A stretch of DNA of 64,000 bases, from positions 16,247 to 80,246 of the forward strand of contig JAAUSF010000003.1 of the NCBI GenBank assembly GCA_012033255.1, written 5' to 3'. A program made the position numbers and the translations under genes. Positions 10,314 to 19,508 of the stretch are shown piece by piece (positions within the stretch are counted from its first letter, which is position 1; every line of letters begins with the position of its first letter). Below the pieces are notes generated by a model. The model ran no database searches. It was not told the DNA's origin and saw only the letters and a list, made by a program, of their open reading frames with translations. Origin of the DNA: Cyanobacteria bacterium RU_5_0 (GTDB taxonomy: Bacteria > Cyanobacteriota > Cyanobacteriia > Elainellales > Elainellaceae).

Positions 10314-11192
10314 TTAAGGTTTCGATCGCGGATTTTGCTCCATTAACGATCGCACCTGTTCTGCATGATAGGAACTGCGGGTTAGTGGCGATGACACCAC
10401 TTGAAGAAAGCCGATCGTCTCGCCCAACTTCTGCCATGCATCAAACTGCTCAGGGGGCACAAACTGCTGTACAGACAGATGGTTTTGACTGGGTTGAAGA
10501 TATTGTCCGATCGTCAAAATATCACAATCTACCGATCGCAGATCTCGCATCACTTGTCGGACTTCTTCATCAGTTTCACCCAAGCCAACCATAATGCCAG
10601 ATTTGGTGTACACGCAAGGAGCCAACTGACGAGCGCGTTTTAGGAGTTCCAACGATCGGTCATAATTCCCCTGCGGACGAACCCGACGATATAACCGAGG
10701 TACGGTTTCGGTATTATGATTTAGCACTTCGGGCTGAGCGTTCAGAATCAGTGCTAATGCTTGCCAGTTGCCACAGAGATCGGGGATGAGGACTTCGATC
10801 GTTGTTCCTGGAGAGACCTGACGAATCGCATCAATACACTCAACGAACTGCGATGCGCCTCCATCCGATAAATCATCCCGATTGACTGACGTGATCACCA
10901 CATGATTCAGCCGCATCCGTCGCACGGCTTCTGCAAGGCGATCGGGTTCAGTCGGATCAAGCGGTTTTGGCTTTTTCTCAAAATCAATATCACAGTAAGG
11001 ACAAGCCCTCGTACAGGCAGGTCCCATAATCAAAAAAGTCGCTGTCCCATGATTAAAGCACTCGCCAATATTCGGACAGGATGCCTCCTCACACACCGTA
11101 TTGAGCGCCAGATCTCGCAGAATCTCTTTCACTCTGCCAACTCGCTCCCACTGGGGCGCTTTCACCCGTAGCCACTCTGGTTTAACAGTCAC
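10314..11192 (-). CDS. lipA: lipoyl synthase
   Basis: 292 aa with N-terminal CxxxxCxxxxxC Fe-S cluster and radical-SAM CxxxCxxC (CPYCDI) motifs, conserved LipA length. Confidence 0.9.
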   Translation of the reverse strand: MTVKPEWLRVKAPQWERVGRVKEILRDLALNTVCEEASCPNIGECFNHGTATFLIMGPACTRACPYCDIDFEKKPKPLDPTEPDRLAEAVRRMRLNHVVITSVNRDDLSDGGASQFVECIDAIRQVSPGTTIEVLIPDLCGNWQALALILNAQPEVLNHNTETVPRLYRRVRPQGNYDRSLELLKRARQLAPCVYTKSGIMVGLGETDEEVRQVMRDLRSVDCDILTIGQYLQPSQNHLSVQQFVPPEQFDAWQKLGETIGFLQVVSSPLTRSSYHAEQVRSLMEQNPRSKP

Positions 11193-11262
11193 GTTGGTAG
11201 TTTCGCAGGCTGAAATCGTCCAGATTATCCTATCTCAAATTACGAATAGTCGTAATTTTTCT

Positions 11263-11441
11263 ACCTGTAAACTTTTTGTAGATTTTGCCATCGGTTGGGG
11301 CAGACCCACGTGTCTACCCTCTCAGCCAGGGCAACGTGTCTACCCTCTCAGCCAGGGCAACGTGTTTACCCTCTCAGCCAGGGCAACCACGCAGGGATTG
11401 CCCCGACATCACGCATCTATCAACAGAAAATTGATAGGTGG
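11263..11441. mobile_element. MITE-like element, copy B (TIRs plus internal 3x26-bp tandem repeat)
   Basis: Left end 'ttttctacctgtaaactttttgtagatttt', right end 'atcaacagaaaattgataggtgg' (inverted); core GGGGCAGACCCACGTGTCT…AGGGATTGCCCCGAC; three direct 26-bp units at 11310-11387. Confidence 0.6.
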
Positions 11442-11535
11442 CATTCAATTGGACAATTTAAGGATTATTCGATTGACAGAATTTACTCTGTGGCTCTGGC
11501 TGGAGCCTCAGCCGGGGATGATTAATAAAAGATTA

Positions 11536-11560
11536 TAGATTTTATACGATATAAATCTCA
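11536..11560. promoter_or_regulatory. AT-rich imperfect dyad upstream of transporter operon (candidate regulator-binding site)
   Basis: 'tagattttatacgatataaatctca' imperfect inverted repeat about 250 bp upstream of the substrate-binding-protein start; speculative. Confidence 0.2.
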
Positions 11561-11811
11561 AAAATGATTGAAAAAAGTATATACATCTCTCCTTAAAGCG
11601 ATAAACTACTAAATAACTTAAGTGTTGACCTCGCAAACTGAGGTGATTCGTGAAACAGAGTGATGGTTTTCAGCCATTAGCTGCCTGTTTCAATGAGTCT
11701 CAAATGTTGATGGCTGAGCCTCACCCGTCGGCTCATATTGCCCTCACCAGGATTCGCACTAGACTCATGCTGTTTGTTTTCAGCGATCGTTCGCGCTGTT
11801 AGGAGGTTCTT

Positions 11812-13177
11812 TATGTCCAATTTTTCCAGATATAGTCGTCGTCAATTTCTGACTACGGCTGGAGCATCTGCGGCAGGAGCCGTTTTCTTGAAAGGGTGTG
11901 TTGGCAATCCACCCACTGATACGGCTCAAACTACTCCTGCTGCTAGTCCAGCCGCTAGCCCGGTTGCTTCAACCGAAACACCCGAAACACCCGCAATCAA
12001 GTTGGGCTATCTGCCGATCTTGGAGTCAGCCGCCCTGATTATTGCTCAGGAAAAAGGACTCTTTGCCAAGTACGGCATGACCGAGGCGGAGGTGTCCAAA
12101 CAGGCAAGTTGGGCATCTGCGCGGGATAACGTGGTGATCGGTTCTCAAAATGGCGGCATTGATGGTGGAAAATGGCAGATGCCAATGCCTCACTTGATTT
12201 CGGAAGGGATTATCACCAATGGCAACAAGGTACCGATGTATGTTTTGGCACAATTAAGTACTCACGGCAACGGGATTGCAATCTCTGGGGCACACGCTGG
12301 ACAAGAGTTAGGCTTGAATGTTTCCAACGCGGCGGACTACATCAAGGGATTCCAGGCAGCCAATGATCGGAAATTTAAGGCGGCGTTCACCTTCCCGAAC
12401 GTTAACCAAGACTTCTGGATTCGCTACTGGCTGGCAGCGGGTGGTGTTGATCCAGATAATGACGTTGATCTGCTGGCAGTCCCACCCGCTGAAACATTGC
12501 AAGGTATGCGGACTGGCTCAATGGATGCTTTCAGTACAGGCGACCCCTGGCCCTACCGCATCGTTACTGAGCAGATTGGCTTCATGGCGGTGTTAACCGC
12601 GCAGATCTGGCAATTCCATCCAGAAGAATATCTTGCCATCCGCCAAGATTGGGTTGATGCGAATCCCAAGGCAACCAAAGCGGTATTGAAAGCCGTCATG
12701 GAAGCACAACAATGGTGTGATCGCCCTGAGAATCGTGCCGAGATGGCTCAGATTCTCTCTGGACGCAATTTCCTCAATATTTCTAAGGAGATTTTAGATC
12801 CCCCCTTGGCGGGCAAATACAGCTTGGGGGATGGCAAGCCTGATGTGAATGATATTAAGCAAGGACCCCTATATTGGAAAGCGGATATCGGTAGTGTTTC
12901 TTATCCGTACAGGAGTCATGAGCTTTGGTTTCTGACGGAGACGATTCGCTGGAATTTCCATAATGGAGCGATCGCAGACATTGATGCCGCGAGACAAATC
13001 ATTGAGCGCGTCAACCGTGAAGATCTCTGGCGCGAAGCGGCTCAGGAAGCTGGGATTGCTGCCAGTGACATTCCTGCCAATCCCTCCAGAGGCGTTGAAA
13101 CTTTCTTTGATAACGTTAAGTTCGACCCTGAAAACCCAGAAGCGTATCTGAATAGTCTGCAAATCAAGCGGGTTTAA
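11812..13177 (+). CDS. nitrate/bicarbonate ABC transporter substrate-binding protein (NrtA/CmpA family), Tat signal
   Basis: Start chosen after AGGAGG at 11797; '[17 protein letters not shown]' twin-arginine signal; NrtA/CmpA hallmark blocks (KLGYLPI…[15 protein letters not shown]…[11 protein letters not shown]…GDPWPYR). Absence of nirA/narB nearby slightly favours the bicarbonate (cmp) type. Confidence 0.85.
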
Positions 13178-13299
13178 TCAAACTGATCGTCAACGATCGA
13201 CTCTCTATTTTGTCCAGGCAGATCGGTTTTTAGGATACATATTCAATGTTTTAAAGATGTTGTTGGATAAGCATCTTGCCCGTTTAATCCATGCAGATT

Positions 13300-13420
13300 A
13301 AATGCCGATCGGCTCTCAGTTCGGACGTTTACCATTCATTCATCTACCATTCATTCATCATTGCATTCATCTCTCAATCCGGACATTTACCATTCATTCA
13401 TCATTACATTCATCTAGGGG
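13300..13420. repeat. short tandem/direct repeats (cattcattcatc motif) in intergenic region
   Basis: Two copies of about 45 bp, 'ggacRtttaccattcattcatc…attcatct', between the substrate-binding-protein and permease genes. Confidence 0.4.
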
Positions 13421-13425
13421 ATCTC

Positions 13426-14271
13426 ATGGTTGCAAATGCTAAAGCCCGTAGCACGGATTTTAATTTTGCTGAATTCGTTCGTAGATTTTGGAAGAAGCAA
13501 GGGCAGAACATCTTGCTTCCTGTCCTGGGAATTCTGCTCTTTTTAACGATTTGGCAGTTGCTGTCTTCTGCTGGCGTGACCCGGCTCCCTGGCCCGCTAA
13601 GCGTTTGGACAGAGCAACGCACCCGCGAACTGTTGTTGTATCCTTTTTACGATCGCGGCGGATTGGACAAAGGTTTGTTTTGGCAGACGCTAGCTAGCTT
13701 AGGACGAGTCGCAAAAGGCTACTCTGCGGCAGCAATTATAGGGATTAGCATGGGCGTGTTGATAGGGGTTAGCCCAGTTCTCAACAAAATGCTCGATCCG
13801 CTCTTCCAATTTCTGCGGATGATTGCACCTTTGGCGTGGGTGCCGATCGCCCTCATTGCCCTCCAGCAAAACCAAAGAGCAGCAATCTTCGTGATTTTTA
13901 TTACGTCAGTCTGGCCCATCTTGATCAACACGGCTGAAGGGGTAAGGCAAGTTCCCCAAGATTACATCAACGTTGCCAAGGTATTGCGGATTTCTCGTTG
14001 GACGTATTTCTTCAGAATCCTGATGCCATCTGCTCTGCCCTATATTTTCACAGGGTTGCGGATTGCGATCGGTTTAGCATGGTTAGCGATCATTGCAGCA
14101 GAAATCGTGATGACAGGGATTGTGGGTATCGGATTCTTCATCTGGGAAGCGTACCAGCAAAGTTTCTTGAGTGACATTATCCTGGCAGTGATTTACATCG
14201 GTGCAATAGGTTTGCTACTCGATAGAGTAGTGGCGTACATTCAGCAATTAATTCTTCCAACAGGAAAGTGA
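13426..14271 (+). CDS. nitrate/bicarbonate ABC transporter permease (NrtB/CmpB family)
   Basis: About 281 aa from MVANAK; 6-TM binding-protein-dependent permease with EAA-like loop, NrtB/CmpB-type blocks (GGLDKGLFWQ, FVIFITSVWPILINTAEGV). Confidence 0.85.
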   Translation: MVANAKARSTDFNFAEFVRRFWKKQGQNILLPVLGILLFLTIWQLLSSAGVTRLPGPLSVWTEQRTRELLLYPFYDRGGLDKGLFWQTLASLGRVAKGYSAAAIIGISMGVLIGVSPVLNKMLDPLFQFLRMIAPLAWVPIALIALQQNQRAAIFVIFITSVWPILINTAEGVRQVPQDYINVAKVLRISRWTYFFRILMPSALPYIFTGLRIAIGLAWLAIIAAEIVMTGIVGIGFFIWEAYQQSFLSDIILAVIYIGAIGLLLDRVVAYIQQLILPTGK

Positions 14272-14361
14272 CATTCTATCTGAACCTCAAAGGCACAAAC
14301 ACACAAAGCTTATAGGAAGACATATTTTCTTAGTGCCTTCGTGTCTTAGTGGTTCAGTATT

Positions 14362-14554
14362 TTCCCACCCGTAAATTTTTTGTTGATTTTACCATCGGTA
14401 GGGGCAAACCCACGTGTTTGCCCAATCGGTAGGGGCAGACCCCCATGCGCCAATCGGTAGGGGCAGACCCCCGTGTCTGCCCTCTAATCCAGGACAACCA
14501 CGTAGGGATTGCCCCGACACCACACCATCCATCAACAGAAAATTGACAGGCGGG
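14362..14554. mobile_element. MITE-like element, copy C, inserted between the permease and ATPase genes of the transporter operon
   Basis: TIRs 'cccacccgtaaattttttgttgatttt' / 'atcaacagaaaattgacaggcggg'; three internal units of about 29 bp (caatcggtaggggcagaccc…) at 14393-14482; 'tatttt' flanks on both sides. Confidence 0.6.
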
Positions 14555-14602
14555 TATTTTCTAAATCTTGTTCAATTTACGATCCTAATTTCTTTAATCA
14601 CC

Positions 14603-16603
14603 ATGTCTACCTTTGTTGCCGTTGATCAAATTGAGAAAATCTTTTCCCTGTCGGGCGGTGGTCAGTATATTGCTCTCAAGGGGATTGATCTAGAAATCAA
14701 AAAAGGTGAGTTTGTTTCGTTGATTGGTCACTCTGGTTGTGGCAAGTCCACATTGCTGAACATGATTGCCGGTTTGGATTTTCCTACGGATGGATTAGTT
14801 ACGCTGGAGGGCAAGCGTATTGATCAGCCTGGTCCCGATCGCATGGTCGTCTTCCAAAACTACTCCTTGCTGCCTTGGCTGACAGTGCGTGAAAACATTG
14901 CGCTGGCAGTGGATCAAGTGCTGACCGAGCTACCAAAATCTGAGCGAAAGCAGATCATCAAGCAACACATTGATTTGGTCGGATTGCGCCATGCGGCAGA
15001 TAAGCAACCGGGTCAGCTTTCGGGGGGCATGAAACAACGAGTTGCGATCGCCCGTGCCTTAGCTATTCGTCCTAAATTGCTGCTGCTTGATGAACCCTTT
15101 GGTGCGTTGGATGCGTTGACTCGCGGTAATTTGCAGGAACAACTGATGCAAATCTGCGAAGAGAACGAAGTGACAGCCGTGATGGTGACACATGACGTGG
15201 ATGAAGCGGTGTTGCTCTCCGATCGAATTGTCATGCTCACAAACGGGCCTTCCTCTAAGATTGGTGGCATTTTGGAAGTCGATATTCCGCGTCCACGTCA
15301 GCGCATGGAAGTGGTGAATCATCCGAGCTACTACAGTTTGCGATCGGAGATCATTTACTTCCTGAATCAGCAGAAACGGATCAAGAAGCTGCGTGCCCGG
15401 AAAGTGGGGGCGATCGCTCGTCACGGGTTAGAAAAAGTCAATCTTGACGTTGGGTTTGTACCGCTTACGGCTTGCGCTCCCTTGATTGTTGCTCAAGAAA
15501 AAGGTTTCTTCCTCAAGCACGGATTGGATGAAGTGAATTTGGTGCGTGAAACGAGTTGGCGAGGTATTGTCGATGGCATGGCCGGTGGCTATCTCGATGC
15601 CGCGCAAATGCCTTCGGGGATGCCTGTTTGGTTGACGGTTGGTGGACATCAGGATACGCCTCTGCCGATCGTGAGTGCATTAACGATGACGCGCAACGGT
15701 AATGCAATTACGCTAGCAAAATCGTTTTACGAGCAGGGCATTTACACCGCAGCCGATTTCAAACAAGCGTTGTTAGAGTCAACCGACCAACATCATACGC
15801 TCGGTATTGTTCATCCGTCTTCCATGCACAATATCTTATTGCGCTACTGGTTAGCGGCCGCCGGAATTGATCCCGATCGCGATGTTTCCTTAAAGACGAT
15901 TCCTCCGGCTCAAATGATCGCCGATCTAAAAGCCGGTAGCATTGACGGTTACTGCGTTGGAGAACCCTGGAATTTGCGGGCGGCAATTGAAGAAATCGGG
16001 TTTACTGTTGCAACCGATTTGGAAATTTGGCAAGGACATCCGGCAAAAGTATTGGGTGTCCGAGAAGAATGGGCAGCTGCCTATCCTAACACTCACATTG
16101 CTTTAGTGAAGGCACTTCTGGAAGCCTGTCGCTATTGTACAGATGCAGCAAACGCAGATGAAATTCGGCAATTATTAGCACAACGACACTATGTTGGTAC
16201 TCGTGCTGAATACATTCATCTAGGCAATCCAAATCTCGCAACTTGTAGTTTGGAACAACCGATGCGAGAATATGCTCATCATTTGTTCTATGGTGAAGGA
16301 GCAAATCGTCCTAGCCGCACAGAACATTTGTGGATGATGACTCAGATGGCACGTTGGAATGACATTCCATTCCCGCGTAACTGGGTAGAAATTTTGGAGC
16401 GCGTCTGTCGTGTTAATGTGTTCAGCACGGCTGCTCGTGAGATTGGTATTCTCGATGTCAAATATCGTCGTGAACCCATTCGCTTATTGGATGAAATTGA
16501 ATTTGATGCTGAAGATCCGATCGGCTATCTCAACCGTCTCCCAATCAAGCGCCACTTCAGCGTTGCAGAGGTAATTATTAACGCCCATCGATCGGCAGCT
16601 TAG
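14603..16603 (+). CDS. nitrate/bicarbonate ABC transporter ATP-binding protein with C-terminal NrtA/CmpA-like domain (NrtC/CmpC type)
   Basis: Start at ATG 14603 (MSTFVAVDQIEK…). The upstream part of the track ORF is MITE sequence. Walker [29 protein letters not shown], then an about 380-aa domain homologous to the substrate-binding protein. Confidence 0.85.
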   Translation: MSTFVAVDQIEKIFSLSGGGQYIALKGIDLEIKKGEFVSLIGHSGCGKSTLLNMIAGLDFPTDGLVTLEGKRIDQPGPDRMVVFQNYSLLPWLTVRENIALAVDQVLTELPKSERKQIIKQHIDLVGLRHAADKQPGQLSGGMKQRVAIARALAIRPKLLLLDEPFGALDALTRGNLQEQLMQICEENEVTAVMVTHDVDEAVLLSDRIVMLTNGPSSKIGGILEVDIPRPRQRMEVVNHPSYYSLRSEIIYFLNQQKRIKKLRARKVGAIARHGLEKVNLDVGFVPLTACAPLIVAQEKGFFLKHGLDEVNLVRETSWRGIVDGMAGGYLDAAQMPSGMPVWLTVGGHQDTPLPIVSALTMTRNGNAITLAKSFYEQGIYTAADFKQALLESTDQHHTLGIVHPSSMHNILLRYWLAAAGIDPDRDVSLKTIPPAQMIADLKAGSIDGYCVGEPWNLRAAIEEIGFTVATDLEIWQGHPAKVLGVREEWAAAYPNTHIALVKALLEACRYCTDAANADEIRQLLAQRHYVGTRAEYIHLGNPNLATCSLEQPMREYAHHLFYGEGANRPSRTEHLWMMTQMARWNDIPFPRNWVEILERVCRVNVFSTAAREIGILDVKYRREPIRLLDEIEFDAEDPIGYLNRLPIKRHFSVAEVIINAHRSAA

Positions 16604-16720
16604 CCATCAAGATAGTCGGGTGGGCAATGCTCATCCGACAGAAATCTCGATCGGTTTGAAGATTTTGGTGGGCAATGCCCATTACAAAAATTTTGATCTT
16701 ACTGCACCATACTGATCACC

Positions 16721-17575
16721 ATGAAAGTGACACCTATGCTGAATCAATCGCAAACTCTCGTTCTAGAATCTCCTCAACAGCATTCCAGTGATTCTTTCCT
16801 GAGCCTTACCGATGTTTCCAAAGTCTACCCCACTCCTAAAGGGGATTACGTCGTTTTGCGCGATATCAACCTGACGATCGCATCGGGTGAATTCATCTGT
16901 TTGATTGGTCACTCAGGCTGCGGCAAAACTACATTACTCAACATGGTTTCAGGATTTGCTCAACCGACAGATGGCAATGTTAAACTCCGAGGCAAATCGA
17001 TCACTGAACCGGGTCCCGATCGCATGGTTGTATTCCAGAACTATGCCCTCTTACCGTGGCTGACCGCGTTTGAAAATGTCTACATGGCAGTGGATGCTGT
17101 TCATCCCGGCAAGCCTGAAGCTCAAAAACGGGCAATTGTGCGGGAACACCTGGCACTTGTGGGTTTAGCGGATGCAATGGAAAAGAAACCACCTCAACTC
17201 TCTGGTGGGATGAAGCAACGGGTAGCGATCGCTCGTGCGTTAGCCATTCGCCCAGAAGTGTTGATTCTTGATGAACCGTTTGGCGCACTTGATGCGATCA
17301 CCAAAGAAGAACTGCAAGAAGAGTTGCTAAAAATCTGGAATGATCATCGTTGTACCGTGCTAATGATTACTCATGACATTGATGAAGCTCTGTTTCTTGC
17401 CGATCGCTTAGTCATGATGACGAATGGACCTGCCGCGACGATCGGTGAAGTGATGGAGATTCCGTTTCCGCGTCCTCGCGATCGAACTCAAATCATGGAA
17501 GATCCAGAGTATTACAATCTCCGTAACTATGCGCTCGACTTCCTCTATCACCGATTTGCTCATGATGTAGACTAA
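16721..17575 (+). CDS. nitrate/bicarbonate ABC transporter ATP-binding protein (NrtD/CmpD type)
   Basis: 284 aa, same NBD motifs (GHSGCGKTT, LSGGMKQR) without the C-terminal extension. Confidence 0.85.
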   Translation: MKVTPMLNQSQTLVLESPQQHSSDSFLSLTDVSKVYPTPKGDYVVLRDINLTIASGEFICLIGHSGCGKTTLLNMVSGFAQPTDGNVKLRGKSITEPGPDRMVVFQNYALLPWLTAFENVYMAVDAVHPGKPEAQKRAIVREHLALVGLADAMEKKPPQLSGGMKQRVAIARALAIRPEVLILDEPFGALDAITKEELQEELLKIWNDHRCTVLMITHDIDEALFLADRLVMMTNGPAATIGEVMEIPFPRPRDRTQIMEDPEYYNLRNYALDFLYHRFAHDVD

Positions 17576-17599
17576 ATTAAACTCACTCCACGGAATCGA

Positions 17600-18466
17600 A
17601 TGGAACGAGAAGATTTAATCCGAAGAGTACCGCTATTTGTCAACCGAGTTGCGGTTCTTGCCACAATGCATCGCAAAGAAGAAGCGATCGCCCCCATCCT
17701 AGAACCATTAGGCTTGAAGGTGATCGTTCCACCTAATTTTGATACCGATCGATTTGGCACGTTTAGCCGCGATGTGAAACGGTTTGGAACTCAACTAGAA
17801 GCAGCTAAAGCCAAAGCAGAAAGGGCGTTGCAGATCACAGGTGAAACCATCGCGATCGCCAGTGAAGGCTCATTTGTCCCACATCCTGCGTTTCCATCGA
17901 TTCCGTGTAACCGAGAGTTAGTGCTTTTGCTCGATAAAGAACAGGATCTAGAAATTATTGGTGAAGCAATTTCAATGGAAACCAATTATCGTCAGCAAAA
18001 GATTCATACCGTTCAGGAGGCGATTGAGTTTGCAGAGGCGATCGGATTTCCAGCACATGGTTTAATCGCGTTCATTAATTCTCCAGGTGATACTCAAATC
18101 ATCAAAGGAATTAACACTCAAGACGAATTATTAAATGCCGTTGCGTTAGGTCTTCAATCCGCAAAAGAACTGATAATTGAAACAGATATGCGGGCGCTTT
18201 ACAACCCGACTCGCATGAAAAATATTGCTAAAGCGACCCATGATCTGATCCGCAAAATTCAGCAGGTTTGTCCGAACTGTGATTGTCCAGGATTTGCTGA
18301 AGCTGAGCGACGAAAAGGATTACCCTGTATGCTATGTCATTTCCCCACAGAACTGACACTGACTACTATCTATCAATGCAAAAAATGTGGATCTAGACAA
18401 GAAAAGTTGTTTCCCGATGGACAGGAAAAAGCCGATCCAGGACAATGCGCTTTCTGCAATCCCTGA
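17600..18466 (+). CDS. conserved hypothetical protein with C-terminal double CxxC zinc-ribbon-like motifs
   Basis: 288 aa; starts 24 bp after the second ATPase gene on the same strand; C-terminal CPNCDC…CMLCH…CKKCG…CAFCNP. Confidence 0.5.
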   Translation: MEREDLIRRVPLFVNRVAVLATMHRKEEAIAPILEPLGLKVIVPPNFDTDRFGTFSRDVKRFGTQLEAAKAKAERALQITGETIAIASEGSFVPHPAFPSIPCNRELVLLLDKEQDLEIIGEAISMETNYRQQKIHTVQEAIEFAEAIGFPAHGLIAFINSPGDTQIIKGINTQDELLNAVALGLQSAKELIIETDMRALYNPTRMKNIAKATHDLIRKIQQVCPNCDCPGFAEAERRKGLPCMLCHFPTELTLTTIYQCKKCGSRQEKLFPDGQEKADPGQCAFCNP

Positions 18467-18470
18467 ACAA

Positions 18471-19145
18471 TTACGCTTCTAAGCGTTTTCCAACGAATTG
18501 CAAACACGCATACAAAATTAAGTTTTCACCAAGTAATTCTGAAAATTCTTCGTAAGCCACGCGCAGATTCTCCACAGTGACTCCTGCAATACGTTCTTGG
18601 GCGATCGCCTCATAAGAATTTCCTGCCGACAAAACATCTTTAAGAATTTCAGATCCATACCCTCCTATCACGAACACTACAATACCAATGAACACTAAAC
18701 AGGTTTCACGGCGATAGTGATGCCAGAGGATCGCAAAGTCGCGATAGCGCCATATCATTAGCGCCGTAAATGAACTCAGATAGAGCCATTTCCAATACTG
18801 TCCTCCTAAAAAATGGTGGAGTTGGAGATGGACTTTAAACACCTCATCGATCGTGGCGTAAAATAGCAAAACCGCGAATGTGATCAAAAACGGACGAGAA
18901 GGATGTGGAAAGCGCGATCGAGGCTGCGGTAATATCCACAGAATCAATAGTCCGATCGTGAGAAAATGCATCGCTTGCAGCAGGGATGGAATCGTGGCTT
19001 GTCCATCAAAATCGACGGGAGGATAAACCTGCCCCGTGAACGCAATACTGCCAAGATACATCAAGCCGATTAGCACTTCGATGGCAATCAAGCCGATCAG
19101 TAAGTGGTCGCTGGTTTGTCGAAGCGATTTGAATGAAGTCAGCAT
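18471..19145 (-). CDS. hypothetical integral membrane protein
   Basis: 224 aa, about 6 hydrophobic helices, no recognisable motif. Confidence 0.45.
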   Translation of the reverse strand: MLTSFKSLRQTSDHLLIGLIAIEVLIGLMYLGSIAFTGQVYPPVDFDGQATIPSLLQAMHFLTIGLLILWILPQPRSRFPHPSRPFLITFAVLLFYATIDEVFKVHLQLHHFLGGQYWKWLYLSSFTALMIWRYRDFAILWHHYRRETCLVFIGIVVFVIGGYGSEILKDVLSAGNSYEAIAQERIAGVTVENLRVAYEEFSELLGENLILYACLQFVGKRLEA

Positions 19146-19508
19146 TTTTTAGGTTGAGAGCAAATCATATCTCTGTTCTATCCGTTTGCGACTTCACTGT
19201 CAGGTAAGGACAATTCGGGCGATCGATCGGATCTTCATCTGTCCTTGATCTGCCCCTGCATCTGCACTGATAGCAATTTTCAAGTGGGTGAATCGCAGAC
19301 GTAGGGGCGAACAGCCGTTCGCCTTACATTAAGGCTTATGGGTTTCTAGATTGCATCGGTTAGGATTGTGGAGCATCTGCACGATCGCCTCATGAGGGGG
19401 CATCTGATTTGGGTAGATTGACCGGAGCTTGGCTTGACGGTTGTGAAGATCCTCTTAGAAAGAAAAGGTCAACACCGCTCGATCGAATAAGTAAAAAGGC
19501 ACAGACCA

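Noticed and set aside
10385-10643. Plus-strand ORFs inside lipA and other small antisense ORFs inside the nitrate/bicarbonate transporter genes (for example 12026..12253 and 15013..15424)
   Set aside because: They are antisense to strongly supported genes and have no independent evidence.
11310-11387. Three direct 26-bp repeats considered as a possible mini-CRISPR array
   Set aside because: The units are contiguous with no unique spacers, sit inside a transposable-element-like repeat, and no cas genes are present.
11101-11538. ORFs 11101..11538 and 11295..11525 (145 and 76 aa) in the lipA-to-transporter intergenic region
   Set aside because: They are translations of the MITE copy B and its 26-bp tandem repeats. 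They have no coding signature, and the same element is non-coding at three other sites.
14414-14602. N-terminal 63 aa of the 729-aa track ORF for the fused-ATPase gene
   Set aside because: It reads through MITE copy C ('…GRGRPPCLPSNPGQPRR…'). The conserved ATPase begins at ATG 14603 with a proper N-terminus.
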